A DNA stretch of 64,000 bases from Flaccisagitta enflata (lineage: Eukaryota), in contig OZ231126.1 of assembly GCA_965153355.1 (NCBI GenBank), forward strand, positions 1,488,001 to 1,552,000. Reading direction: 5' to 3'. Every line of letters begins with the position of its first letter. The stretch's first letter is position 1. The translations under genes were made by a program, and so were the position numbers. The notes beneath the pieces were generated by a model, which was given only the letters and a program-made list of their open reading frames with translations, had not been told where the DNA came from and made no database searches. Of this stretch, positions 26,501-40,838 are shown piece by piece.

Positions 26501-27044
26501 ATGCTAGGATTTGTGCCTCAAGACTTGGATTTGAGCCTTGAGGCTGGGATTTGGGCCTTGAGGCTGGGATTTGGGCCTTGAGGCTGGGATTTGGGCCTTG
26601 AGGCTGGGATTTGGGCGTTGAGGCTAGGATTTGGGCCTCGAGGCTTGGATTTGGGCCTCGAGGCTGGGATTTGGTCCTCCAGACTGGGATTTGGGCCTCG
26701 AGGCTGGGATTTGAGGGGGGGGGACGAAGAAGATGGAGGAGGAGGAGAAGGAGAAAATCCCCCGTATGTGTGAAAGCATAGGTCATCGGCCCCTTCGGGG
26801 CCGCTGCCCAAAAAGGGGAAATAAATAATAAGTAATAAAAAAATGATGAGAAAATGAAAAAAAGGAAGGTTCTATCCAAGTTACAAGTTCTGGAGGCTGA
26901 AGTTTCAGCACTGGAACAAACTTTAAGGCAATGAAAAATATTGCAATAGTTGAAATATTAAGAGTAGAGGAGGGGGCTAAAGGGGGAGGGGAGTCCAACC
27001 AAGGGAGCCAGCAGAGGGGTGCGCCATATTTCTGGCCGGGCCTG
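23537..27044. mobile_element. hAT-like MITE (TIR CAGGCCCRGCCAGA) swollen by a nested Helentron-like array
   Basis: TIR is 13/14 identical. The flanks CTTAGATG and CTTGCGTA only partly match, so a TSD is not established. Confidence 0.55.
23652..26814 (-). mobile_element. Head-to-tail array of five family-B Helentron-like elements (23652-24393, 24397-24898, 24902-25570, 25574-26233, 26247-26814)
   Basis: Each unit ends GGGGCCGCTGCCCAAAAA on +, starts AACAGGTCGCCC or AATAGTCGCAAAAG, and has its own inverted repeat pair and 20/21-bp minisatellite. Confidence 0.85.
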
Positions 27045-27095
27045 CTTGCGTATTGTAAGACTGAATAGAAACACAAATTTACACACAAACACACA

Positions 27096-27229
<134 letters not shown>

Positions 27230-27274
27230 GTACAAACACAGGGAAGAAAAAAAGTAAGAGAGAAGAAGAGAACA

Positions 27275-27326
<52 letters not shown>

Positions 27327-27532
27327 AGAAAGAGGAAGAGAGACAAAGAGCAACAAAAACACTGAATTTAGAGAAAAATCTAAGTTATGAGAAAAAGATA
27401 GAAAGACAGACAATCTGAGTTATGAGAAATAACAAAATTGTCAAATTCTCATAACATAGAATCTGACTTATGAGAAAAGTGCTAAATTCTAAGTAACGCG
27501 ACTTAGAAAAATCTGAATAACGAGATTTTCCC

Positions 27533-27576
<44 letters not shown>

Positions 27577-27577
27577 A

Positions 27578-27697
<120 letters not shown>

Positions 27698-28185
27698 GTG
27701 ATAGTAATGGTAATGGTGATGGTGAAGGTGCTGATGTTGATGTTGATGATAACGATGATGATGACGATGATGGTGATGGTGATGGTGATGATGTTGATGT
27801 TGATGATAACGATGATGATGATGATGGTGATGATGATGATGATGATGATGATGATGTTGATGATGACGAGGAGTGTACAGATGACGCCGAAGACGACGAG
27901 GATAAGGTAGACAACGACAACGACGAGGATAGTGATGACGACGAAGATGACGATGACAACGACGTCAATAATGTCGCGTTGTGAATGGCGCTGGACCAAC
28001 ATTATGGAAAGATTAGTGAGTCAATCCTGAAAATGCGTTCCGAGCGAATAGTTTTGTAAGCGGACCCTCATTAATTTCATTTGTAATCTCGACTAACATG
28101 CTTCATCGAGACTTTATGGCACTGAGAAGCGTCGTCTCAAGTTATACGTTTGACTTTAGCTGCATGTCTAACTCACCAAATGGAC

Positions 28186-29080
28186 CTGTTGTTATCACGC
28201 CATGTGGTCTCAAGCCTGCCCAATTGACTATGTCTCTATCTTGTAAATGGAACTGTTGTAATCATGCCATGTGGCATCGAGCCTACCCAAATTTTGATAG
28301 CTTAAGCCCCCATCTTTTGAGTGCTATTGTTGCCGTTTGGTGTATTTACAGCCCGCCCAATGGTTTACGCTTTTAATGTTTAAGTTGTATGTTTGTTTTC
28401 ACGCCATTTTGTGCCCGGCCTACCCAAATCCCAACCGCTTATACATCCATCTATTAAGTGGTGTTGTTGTATTCACACCATGTGGTCCTGAGCCTGCCCA
28501 AATTTCAGTAGCTCAAGCCACCTTCTTTTGAGTGGTGCAGTTTTATTCTGGCCGTATGTTGTAATATCTACAGCCCGCCCAATCGCTTACGCTTCTATCC
28601 TTTAAACGGTGTTGTTTTATGCGCGCCATGTGGTGTCGAGCCTGCCCAAACCCGCATCGCTTATGCATCAATCTTTAAGTGGTGTTGTTGTATTCACACC
28701 ATGTGGTTCTGAGCCTGCCCAAAATTCAATAGCTCAAGTCACCATCTTTCGAGTGTTGCAGTTGTATTCTGGCCGTGTGTTGTATCTACAGCCGGCCCAA
28801 TCGCTTACGCTTCTATCCTTTAAACGGTGTTGTTGTACGCGCGCCATGTGGTGTCGAGCCTGCCCAAATCCCACTCGCTTATGCATCCATCTATTAAGTG
28901 GTGTTGTTGTATTCACACCATGTGGTCCTGAGCCTGCCCAAAATTCATTAGCTGAGGCCACCATCTTTTCAGTGGTACAGTTGTAATCTGGCCGTGTGTT
29001 GTATCTACAGCCTGCCCAATCGCTTACGCTTTTATCCTTTAAACGGTATTGTTGTACGCGCGCCATGTGGTGTCGAGCCT
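28186..29080. repeat. ~220-bp tandem repeat built from three ~73-bp subunits
   Basis: GTGGTGTTGTTGTATTCACACCATGTGG recurs at about 28458, 28679 and 28898; the CC(A/G)TGTG..AGCCYGCCCAA motif recurs about every 73 bp. Confidence 0.85.
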
Positions 29081-29323
29081 CTGGGGCTTTCCAAAGGGAA
29101 TTTGGTAATTTAACTAAACTTCGAATTTGAAACGAAACGTCTCTTTGATGTCCTGATTAATGGTCTAAGACCCTAAAGCAAAAATTGCTTAGAAAATTTG
29201 GGGTATTTTGACATTAAAAGAGCACAATAGGGATGTCTCTTTCTTCCACTCTCTCTGGCTCTGTCCCTCTATGGCTGTTTCTGTATGTCTTTCTCTGTCT
29301 GTCTCTCTCTCTCTGTCTCTCTC

Positions 29324-29442
<119 letters not shown>

Positions 29443-30105
29443 CTTTTGTCCTTGCCCTGATTTTACCTTCGTTTTCCTTTCAAGTATCCACGTGTGCCTT
29501 TAATTTCAAAAAGAAATAAAACTATTTGCCACGTGTGTTCATCTTGCCTTCAGCCTGTCCTCAGAATCTTTTGTCCTCAGTTTTCATTTGTCCTCAGTTT
29601 TCATTTGTTCTCGAAAATCTATTTTACTTATTAAACGATTTAACGCTTTATGTGTATCTCTAGGATATTTTAGCTTATGGCACATGGCTTTGTCATTTAC
29701 CATCACTATTGATCATGGTCATTTTGGACCTGTCATTGGTAGCTGGTTAATTCGATAAACCATCATTAGGAAGCTTTGGCTGCTTGTGATTCTAATTTTC
29801 CTTATCTGTTCCTTGGGACCAATTCTGTTTTTATGCCCCTCACCCTGAGGATATTTTCGTTGATTGCCAACGGAATGTTTGCGCACTTCCACAGGGTATT
29901 TTTGTTGATTACCATTATGATGTTTGGTCACTCACTCCGTGGATGTTTTGAATATCTACCTTCATGTTTGGCCACTTGTACTGAGGATATTCAGGAAATT
30001 AGGATTTTGTAATTAATCTTCAGGATAATCGTGAAAGTTTGCCTACAGGATGATTAGTCACTTGCCCTGTGGGTGTTTCTTTTTTTCTTCATTTGTTTTG
30101 TTTGA

Positions 30106-30348
30106 TTTTTTAGTCGCGTACTATGCGACTCTACAACCCGCTTTGTCGGTCCGTCCGTCGGTCCGTCCGTCGGTCCGTCCGTCCGTCCGTCCGTCCGTCC
30201 GTCCGTCCGTCCGTCCGTCACACTTTACTTTCTTTGTTTTTTTTTTGGTCCTCGGCCTCAATGCTCCTGCCCAGGTGATCAAGTGACCTAAGATACGGCC
30301 CCTGCCCACCCGCACGCGACTGGGGTTGCCGAGTATCCGGCCTTGTTT
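30106..30348 (+). mobile_element. DINE-1/Helentron-like element, family A
   Basis: Same 5' hairpin, (GTCC)n tract and 3' hairpin as 13373. Confidence 0.8.
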
Positions 30349-30482
30349 GACAAAGACGAGGATCTGTTACCTGACCTCGGTTGGTTCCACATTGGTTAAC
30401 AGCGATAGTTTCTTAAAAATGAAAAAAGAATATCTCATACTTGTAAACAAGCGTCCACGTTGGAAGAGTACTGCTTGAAACG

Positions 30483-30976
30483 AAACAGGGCCGGATACGC
30501 CGAAATCCAGTCGCGGACGGTTGGGCAGGAGCAGTAACGCAAAAAACCGCTTGCAATTCAACAAGGCCATGTGAAGGCCAATAAGTGCGCCTCGCTTGAT
30601 TAGGATTTTGTGAAGGAACGTTTTTGATGTATGTATGAATGAATGAATGAATGAATGAATGAATGAATGAATGAATGAATGAATGGATGAATGGATGAAT
30701 GGATGAATGGATGAATGGATGAATGAATGAAAGAATGAATGTGGTAAAGCATGAAAGGTGATAGGAATGAAGAAATACGTCAGTTTGAGCCCTTTTGCGC
30801 ATTTCAATCATTTGCGTGACCGACCAACCAACCAACGAACCAACCAACGGACATGACCTCTTATAGAAGTGCGAGGACGCATTTAAAGATGGAACGGACT
30901 TACAGACTTACAGACTTACGAATGGATGGACGGACTGACACGGCCAGGTGTAGAGTCGCGTGTTCGCGACTATAAA
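30483..30976 (-). mobile_element. Family A element interrupted by a second DINE-1-like element (30560-30887) containing (GAAT)n
   Basis: The outer halves align with the uninterrupted copy at 49205-49374; the inner element has its own termini. Confidence 0.75.
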
Positions 30977-31002
30977 GCTACTACAACCAGATTGGTCTCA
31001 TA

Positions 31003-31975
31003 ACTATGGCAAAAAAAAAAACCGAACAGTTATTTCTATTGCTCATAAATCCTTTGAAAATTCACCCAGTGTGCTGAAATTTTTACTTAAGTTACTTTTT
31101 AGTATCATTAAGCATCACTGAAAAAATCAATGACCTGCTCTAAATAGTTTGAGAATTATAGATTTTTTAAAAGTGCTTGTCAGAAGATCAGAAATTCAAT
31201 GTACACACATAAGAATTTACTAAGAATTAATAAACAAACTTGAAAAAACCATACTAAATCTAGTCCGATTTTGATGAAATTTTAAGTGGAAGTAAACCAC
31301 AGTGTTAGCGGGCTGTGATAAAAATTTCATTACAAAACTCCAATTATTTTAGCAGAAACAGCAAGTTTTCTATAACTTTTTTTGTGGTTTTTAGAATGAA
31401 GTAAATGAAGATGAAATCTGAAATATAAATCGATGCTAAGGCCAGAGTTTTTTACCAATTATCATGATTTTTTAACTGGTAACTTTTGTACATATGATTC
31501 ATCTCCAGTAAAATTTTTGTGAAGATTGAAGCATTTTTAGTCCCCCAAATTGCAAAAATATTCTAACAGGTAGCAGAATATTTCTTATCCTGAGCAAGCT
31601 TACAATCAACCAATATCTACCCCACTAGACTTTATCTGAGTAGATGCGAATTTTGCCTAGTATTAGTAAATATTACCATCAGACTACAGTTCAAAAATCA
31701 TGACAGAACTCCCAAAACTTTTTGCACAATGCCAATTTTACTGCAAATGGTAATATTTTGATTTAGGATTTACGTCATCTCTGGCAGTCCAAAAAAGAGG
31801 TGACTTTAATAAAAACGTGATAACGGCTAAAGTTTTCAACGGATTTTGATGAAATTTTTACCAGACATAGTCCATATCATGGTTATCATTTACTGTAAAT
31901 TTTATGCAAATTGGTCAACATTTTCATACTTTTTTGCTCTCTCAAAAGTTGTTCGGTTTTTTTTTTTGCCATAGT
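31003..31975. mobile_element. Tc1/mariner-type non-autonomous element with TA TSD
   Basis: TA|ACTATGGC(A)nCCGAACA ... TGTTCGG(T)nGCCATAGT|TA. Confidence 0.8.
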
Positions 31976-32451
31976 TATTGGTTTAAATTCGACAAATCTG
32001 GCACCACAACGAATTTTCTAAGGTTATCATGTTTATCGAGCCCTTTTCAAGGACTATATTTTCTAATATGTAGTTGTTTCAAATGTCCACCTGAAAGCTA
32101 AAATAGAAAAAATACGAAAAGAGCCATCAATGCCAGGATGGTCAAACAACGGTTATTTGCTTTTTTCTGTTTTTTTTTCTTTTTTTTATCTTTTGTATTC
32201 TTCAGTTTTTACCCCTTCATGAATATTGAAAGATCTCCGCTTAAAAAAAAAAAACAACATTCAATTTCTGGAGGCAGCAAATTTCATATCAGTTTTCATT
32301 TTTTCCCTTCCTATTTTCATAATCTATCGTGAAAACCTTTTAGATGATAATAAGCGCGCGCCGCTCGTTTATTCTAATCTGCCGAGCAAACAATATCATA
32401 CAAAAGTGATTGGAGAATTGAAAAAAAAATGCCAAGTCGCCCATGAATTTT

Positions 32452-32751
<300 letters not shown>

Positions 32752-33080
32752 TCCATTATCATTGAATTTGATGCGTTGTTTCCCAGGCACAAACTTGATT
32801 TAGCGCACTGTGGGTTAGAATCAGGATGTTAGCTTAATAATTGATTCTCTGTTTGTAAGTATAGTTCGGCGATTTGGCTATTCTAAAACAGTTCAATTGG
32901 GTTCAATTATGAAATCAGTATTCGCGAATATAGGTTCGGTTCAATTACTGCTAAAATCGATTTTCGGGTACGGTTTTTATCAATTACATTTACTTCTTGA
33001 TAGACACTTTTGCATGGCCGATTAAATTTGATCATTTAGAATATGCTTTAATTTTTCATTTAGTAGAAGAAGAAGAAATC

Positions 33081-33167
<87 letters not shown>

Positions 33168-34369
33168 GAGGTAAAGGTGGATAGGGGATTAGGATTAGAG
33201 AAAAAACCGAGCCACTTGATCAGTTTTTTTTTGTTTTCCAATTTCCGGTCATTATAAAAATGGTAACCTAGCTTAGGTTATTATCGGGTACCCTTCTACC
33301 ACTATTTGTAAGTTATGCTTATCTTGACGTCACAAAGTAAGATCGTTATGCAAGGCTTTTTCCTTCTCTCTACAGGTCTTTCAATCTGTCCATTAGTTGG
33401 TGGAGCTTTATGTGTGTTAATTTCTGGTCGATTATGCATCCAAGCTCCTGTCCAAATACCCATATGATAATTCAGATCACTGAGTCTGCCCACTTGAATG
33501 AAACATAGCCATGTTCCTTTGTGCTTAAGGATTTAACATAAAGTGGAAAAAAACAATTTATATAAGTGCAGATGAGCTGCGCAAAAAAGGAACTGAACAA
33601 AATTTTGCTTTGTAGCAAAGCTGCCTTATTGCCATTATATGAGTCATGAAGAACAATTATTGATGAATCATGAAATCAGGCAGGTACGCTTTAATAGCGG
33701 GTGAGCTTCAGGCGTGCTCTTCTGTGACTCAAAGAATTACTGAATTAGACTTTACTATCCCTCAGTGCCAATTATTCCAATTTTATCTTGTCTATTTTCT
33801 GCATTTATGATATGATCAGTTTCCCGCCTGTCTTTCTCCTTGTCATTGCTCTTTCTCTCTCCTCTGTGCTCACACGTCCTTCATTCAAGTTGTCTGTTTA
33901 TGCTTCCTTTCTCTTCTTTCATAGCCCCGTTTGTTGTCTTTGTCCTTTTGTTGTCGTTGTCTTTGTCCTATTGTTGTCGTTGTCTTTGTCCCATTGTACT
34001 TGGACGTGGTTCCCTCCTTCATTGATGCCTGTCTCGTCACTAATGCTGCCATCGCCGTCATTGTCATCATCATTGTCAAAAACATCGTTGTCATCGCCAT
34101 CGTCATCGTCGCCGTCATCGTCATTGCCATCGTTGCCATAGTTATTGTTATTTTGACGTCTGGCCTCGCTTTCTCACTCTCGCAGACATCCCTCCCTTCT
34201 TCATTATTGTTCTTTTTGTTTGTTTTTGGTTTGTTATTCATATTCTTCTCCGTTTCCTCTTCCTCTTCCTCCTTTCTCATAATCCTTTCTTTTCCTGTTT
34301 TTTTGTGCGCTTTTTGTGAGACAAAGTCGATTTGCGCTGTTACCGAGGTAATTGAACAGAAGGAGGGAG

Positions 34370-34438
<69 letters not shown>

Positions 34439-35224
34439 AACAGAATTGCAGATGGAGAGACAGAAAGAGAGTGAATCAGGCATTCACCTTTTCTCCTTGG
34501 TGATATAGATTCTCTTCTGCCACCCCACCGTTGAAGGTTTAAAACCCAAACTACCACCCATCACTCCCAACCTCCTCCTCCTCCACTTCCTCCTCCTCCT
34601 CTCTCCCTCCTGCTCTTCCTCTTCCTTCCACCCATCACTTCCACACTCGTCACTTATCATTTTTTCTTTTGGCATTTTGTGAAAGAGATTTCGTCACCCC
34701 AAAAAACTTCCTGACATGTCAAATATTCTCCGTAAATTTTCCTTCTTTTTTCCCTATTTTTGAACACTAAGGTCTGAGATATTGGTTATTGGCGAATAGA
34801 TTATCTTTGATGTTTCTATGAAATATGAAAAACATAAATGAACAATCTATAAAGCAAGCTTAGGTGGACAAGTTTTGGGGTGGGAACGGTGAATATGCAA
34901 ACAACTCAATGGCAGAGCAAAATAGCACTGAAGAGATTAAGATTCTTTTTCTTTAAATGTCTTATAAAAATAAATACAGATTGTTGACAAAGCAAACAAG
35001 CAAGCATCGGTCAATTGCAATAAAATCGCTGGTTTTTTTAGCTAATTTTATTTTTCATAAAATAAAACAAAACAATTGTTTTTACAGAAATAGCAAATGA
35101 CTTGACTTATTTCTGTCAGTTCTGGACCAACGTGCGCTTCAACGGCTCGAGGTTGTGGGAAATTTGATTTTCTATAGAAGTTCCGATGTTATTCATGGTC
35201 CTTTTTTGTGAGGGTGTCATCATT

Positions 35225-35629
<405 letters not shown>

Positions 35630-35689
35630 CACTCCGCCGCTCCATATTGTTTCAAAATTTGCATAAACACAATCATGGAATGGAAGATT

Positions 35690-37790
35690 GGACAGGAGAG
35701 AAAGGAGGTAAGAAGAAAGAGGAAGAGAGAAAGAGAAAGAGGAGGAGAGAAAGAGGAAGGAGGTAAGGAAAGAGAAAGAGTAGGTAATGAAAGAGAAAGA
35801 GGAGGTAAGGAAAGAGAAAGGATAGAGAAAGAAGGAGAAGTGAGGGAAAGAGAAAGAGAAGTGAAGAGAAAGAGGTAAGGAAAGAAAGGAGGCAGAAGAA
35901 GAAAGAGGAGATGAGAAAGAGGAAAGGAGGTGAGAAGAGAAAGAGGAGGTAAGAAAGAGAAAGAGGAGGTAAGGAAAGGAGAGGAGGTAAGGAAGAGAGA
36001 GAAAGTGGAAGGTAAGGAGTAAAGAAAGGGAGGTAAGAGGAAAGAGAGAAAGGAGGGCAGGAAAGAGAGAGCAATAGGTAACGAAAGAGAAAGAGGAGGT
36101 AAGGAATGAGAAAGAGAAGGTAATGAAAGAGAAAGAGGAGGTAAGGAAGGAGAAAGAATAGGTAAGGAAAGAGAAAGGGAGGTAAGGAAACAGAAAGGGA
36201 GGTAAGGAAAGAGAAAGGGAGGTAAGGAAAGAGAAAGAGAAGGGAAGGAAAGAGAAAGGGAGGTAAGGAAAGAGAAAGAGGAGGTAAGGAAAGAGAAAGA
36301 GAAGGTAATGAAAGAGAAAGAGGAGGTAAGGAAAGAGAAAGTGGAGGTAAGGGAAGAGAAAGGGAGGTAAGGAAAGAGAAAGGGAGGTAGGGAAAGAGAA
36401 AGAGGAGGTAAGGAAAGAGAAAGGGAGGTAAAAAAGAGAAAGAGGAGGTAAGGAAGGAGAAAGAATAGGTAAGGAAAGAAAAAGGGAGGTAAAAAAAGAG
36501 AAAGGGAGGTAGGAAAAGAGAAAGAGGAGGTAAAAAAAGAGAAAGGGAGGTAAGGAAAGAGAAAGGGAGGTGATAAAAGAGAAAGGGAGGTAAGGAAAGA
36601 GAAAGAGGAGGTAAGGAAAGAGAAAGGGAGGTAAAAAAGAGAAAGGGAGGTAAGGAAAGAGAAAGAGGAGGTAAGGAAAGAGAAAGGGAGGTAAAAAAGA
36701 GAAAGGGAGGTAAGGAAAGAGAAAGAGGAGGTAAGGAAAGAGAAAGGGAGGTAAAAAAGAGAAAGGAGTGAGGAAAGAGAAAGAGGAGGTAAGGAAGAAA
36801 GAGGGAGGTAAGGAAAGAGAAAGGAGGTAAGAGAAGAAGAGTGATAAAGAAAGGAGGTAAGGAAAGAGAACGAGGAGTAAGGAAAGAGAAAGGGAGGTAA
36901 GGAAAGAGAAAGTGGAGGTAAGGAAAGAGAAAGAGGAGGTAAGGAAAGAGAAAGAGGAGGTAAAGGAAAGAAAGGGAGGTAGGGAAGAGAAGAGGATGTA
37001 AGGAAAGAAGGGAGGTAAAAAGAAAGGGAGGTAAGGAAAGAGAAAGAGAAGGGAAGGAAAGAGAAAGGGAGGTAAGGAAAGAGAAAGAGGAGGTAAGGAA
37101 AGAGAAAGAGGAGGTAAGGAAAGAGAAAGAGGAGGTAAGGAAAGAGAAAGAGGAGGTAAGGAAAGAGAAAGAGGAGGTAAGGAAAGAGAAAGAGGAGGTA
37201 AGGAAAGAGAAAGAGGAGGCAAGGAAAGAGAAAGGGAGGTAAGGAAAGAGAATGGGGAGGTAAGGAAAGAGAAAGGGAGTTAAGGAAAGAGAAAGATGAG
37301 GTAAGGAAAGAGAAAGAATAGGTAAGGAATGAGAAAGAGGAGGTAAGGTAAGAGAAAGAGGAGGTAAGGAAAGAGAAAGAGGAGGTAAGGAAGGAGAAAG
37401 AGGAGGTAAGGAAAGAGAGAGAATAGGTAAGGAAAGAGAGAGAATAGGTAACGAAAGAGAAAGAGGAGGTAAGGAAAGAGAAAAAATAGGTAAGGAGAGA
37501 GAAAGGGACGTAAGAAAAGAGAAAGGGAGGTAAGGAAAGAGAAAGAGGAGGTAAGGAAAGAGAAAGAGGAGGTAAGGAAAGAGAAAGGGACATAGGAAAA
37601 GAGAAAGGGAGGTAAGGATAGAGAAAGAGGAGGTAAGGAAAGAGAAAGAGAAGGTAAGGAAACAGAAAGAGGAGGGAAGGATAGAGAAAGAGGAGGTAAG
37701 GAAAGAGAAAACATAGGTAAGGAAAGAGAAAGGGAGGTAAGGAAAGAGAATGAGGAGGTAAGGAAAGAGAAAGAGAGTTAAGGAAAGGGT
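35690..37790. repeat. 2.1-kb polypurine 21-bp minisatellite (GGAGGTAAGGAAAGAGAAAGA)n with 18-bp variants
   Basis: Read directly; it accounts for the 532-aa and 654-aa spurious ORFs. Confidence 0.95.
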
Positions 37791-38564
37791 GAGTTAAGGG
37801 AGAGGGAAAGGGGGTAAGGGATTATGGGGGGAGGGGGGGGTAAAGGAAAGGGGGAATTGACTTCCATAATGAGGGGGGAAGATGCTTAAGGATGTCAGGG
37901 GGAAGAAGTACGAAACGATGTGGGCAAACAGACGGGAGGGGCCGGGGGAACATTATACTTTTACCAGTCCGCACACATCATACCCACTTTTGGAGCACAT
38001 ACACTACCCATTCCTATACCAACTCTTAAACCCCTGCCACGCAACTTCCCAAATTTGCACCAAACAACTTAACCATCGCTTCTACACCTTACCCACTCCT
38101 ACATCTTAGCCACTAGCACACAACGCACATTAGCCATTCCTTCACCAAGCTCCGTACCATTCCTACTCCATTCACCTGCTCCTACACCGTACACCATTAC
38201 CCCCCCCCCCCATCTTGGAAGACTTATCTTCAACCTCGATATATATTTCTTTCTTTTTTTCCCTTCTTTTTTTTTCTTCGCGAAAGAAAATGATGAATTT
38301 CTTACGTGAGTCAGAAAAGGGAGAAAACGTACCACCAACATAAATCACAAACAACAAAATGGCCCAAAATAAGAGTTTTCCACTTTTTGATTTACCCACA
38401 CCTGAGATAACGCGACCAAGGTTTTTTTCTTCACCCTCAAACACAATTTTCTAAAAAAGACTCCATTGCATTACTTCTTTTTCAACCCTTCTATTCTATC
38501 ATAAGGTAAAAAAAGGCCATACAAACAAACACGCAAACAAACAAACAAACAAAAAAACAAACAA

Positions 38565-38667
<103 letters not shown>

Positions 38668-39990
38668 GCCACAATGCTATTCCACTGCGTTGACATGCAG
38701 GTGAAACTCAGTGAAAGGGGATATTTATGAGTGAATTGAATTTTCCGTCTTCCTCTCTTTTTCTGTTCTTTCTTTCTTTTTTCATTCTCTCTTTTTTTCC
38801 ACTTTGACGGACCTCACAATGGGCCGTCAGAAAATATGTCCAAGTTTATGATATCGAATCATTTCATGTTCATTTCTAAGCGTAGTTATAACGTAACCAA
38901 AACTCCTTGAGTTCTCAGTTACAAACTGCCCGGATCTTTTACCATATCGTCAATGAATTTTCCCGTGATTTTTCATTTTCATATCGTAAATACGCCCGTC
39001 ATAAACTCAATTGGATTCTGAAAAGGGAAAAAATGGAGGAAGAAAAAAAAAGGGGCGCTAAATGCTTGGTAGGGGATACGAAGATTCAGGGGGGGGGGGG
39101 AATGTAAGCTTGTGTCAATATCGATGGTCATTACTGTAGTCTACTCCACAGATAAACACAATTGTTAGAAATGTGTGTCTGTCCGTCTCTTAGGTGTGTG
39201 TGCCTTCTGTCTCTTTTGCGTGCTTTTGGCTTTTTTCTCTTTCTCTACTATTCGATGCCCGTGTCTTTTGTTTCTTGCCATTTTTTATATTGAACGCTAG
39301 ATGGGTAACCATATGGTTGCGCCTTGATTTTGTGCCATTTGTTTTTACTACGTAGGCAAATATACGTAACTCGTCTTTCGTATCATCCAATTTTTGGATT
39401 GATTGATTTTATTTAATTATGGCATCGCTTCTTAAAGTGATTGATTGATTTTTATGATCGTTTGAATGCGCCCTAGGTCACTAATTTCCAAGTAATCTAT
39501 ATCTTTGTACTGCAGATAAACTAATGAACGGACAATTAACGTTAATTTGACATCGACAGACTGTGGGTTGAAACCAACGAAAGTGGGCCTAAAAGTAAGT
39601 TTTATAGGCGTGTTTCTGCTTTTATTAACGTGTTGTTTATCTTGTTTTCCGGTCTGTTATTTTTGTCTTTTGCCCTTTTGCATTTTTATCGCCGGATTTT
39701 AGTATGGTTTTTATCGCTTGCCCGGTCAGCTTACTATATGTGATGATATGGATGAATTTAATGGGATAGGCCGGGGGCAGGGGCGGGTATTGTCTGGGTT
39801 TGGCTATAGGCTCTGAAAAAGATGAACATGTTGTCGTATTATCATTTCCTGTCCTTTAATGTATCCTATCTAAATTCATATTTATCTTTCGTTTACTTAG
39901 TCTAGTGCAGCCCACTTTCCTTTCATTTTTCCCCTCTCTTCAGTTGTTAAGAAATTTTATGGAATAAACAGGCATTCATATCCTAGCCTG

Positions 39991-40614
39991 TCAGCCCTTT
40001 CTTTCACCTGGTGTCAGTCTGAGAATGGCATCTCTACAAGAACAGAAATTACCAGTTGAAACTCCGAAGTAATATATTCTTTCGGCCCTACGAGGATAGG
40101 CGTTGTTCCACGCGTCCCAATCATCGTCGATCCAGTTATCGGGCTTCCTGCTTCTGCCGGTCCTGAAGGCGTGTTCGTCGTTTCTTCGATGGCGGATGAA
40201 GTTCTTCCACTCTCTTTTGTCTTCCCGCTGCTCGTTCATATCTCTCATCATCGGGTCCTCATCACGCGGCGCTTCCTCGACCGCGATGTGATCCCGGCTG
40301 CTGCTCGTCCTTGGGCGGACACTCGCAATCCTGGTTTCGCTGCGGTGTCGTCTAGGATCTTCCGGCGAGCGGACGGGTGGACGGCTGGCGTCTTGGGAGG
40401 CTTGAGGAGGAGGAAGATCCTCGTCCTGGCGATCTGCGATGGCTTCCGCCCCGCGATGACGAGAGCTGCGGCGCGTTGCCTGCCTTTGATCGGAATCGTT
40501 ACGAGTTGACGAAGTCGCTATTTCATCGTCGGCGTTGCCACGACGTCTTCTTCTCGCATGGTTCTGATCGTCCTCTTCCTGGTCGCGTGCTGCCCTGCTT
40601 GGTCGTTTCGCCAT
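39991..40614 (-). CDS. ORF3 of the retrotransposon, 207 aa, Arg/Asp-rich N-half and Trp-rich C-terminal segment; function unknown
   Basis: GC-rich island between AT-rich flanks, starting ATG GCG AAA at 40614 on the same strand as ORF1 and ORF2. The frame is open from 40941. Confidence 0.6.
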   Translation of the reverse strand: MAKRPSRAARDQEEDDQNHARRRRRGNADDEIATSSTRNDSDQRQATRRSSRHRGAEAIADRQDEDLPPPQASQDASRPPVRSPEDPRRHRSETRIASVRPRTSSSRDHIAVEEAPRDEDPMMRDMNEQREDKREWKNFIRHRRNDEHAFRTGRSRKPDNWIDDDWDAWNNAYPRRAERIYYFGVSTGNFCSCRDAILRLTPGERKG

Positions 40615-40838
40615 CTGGATAAATTTAACGAGTATAGGTACTGATGCATGAAAAGACAGTAAAAGTGTATTGAAAAGCCTATTGGCCCGGATATTGATTT
40701 GTTTATGGGTGGTCACCGTTATGTCTCTTTTACTGTACAGGAACAAGTCTGTTATTCTGTCAATTATGTAGCTGGTATCAACCCCCCAAATCACTGGGCA
40801 TCGTTCCACAATAAAAGCCCTTGCTGCCCAGGCGCACT

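Noticed and set aside
29700-30050. Coding-like stretch, possibly a transposase fragment
   Set aside because: No recognisable motif in any frame by eye; a TBLASTX search would be needed.
33788-34503. Hydrophobic membrane-protein ORF with a GAG|GTAATT donor at about 34348
   Set aside because: The hydrophobicity comes from TTG/TCG/CAT low complexity and no partner exon was found. It could still be a UTR exon.
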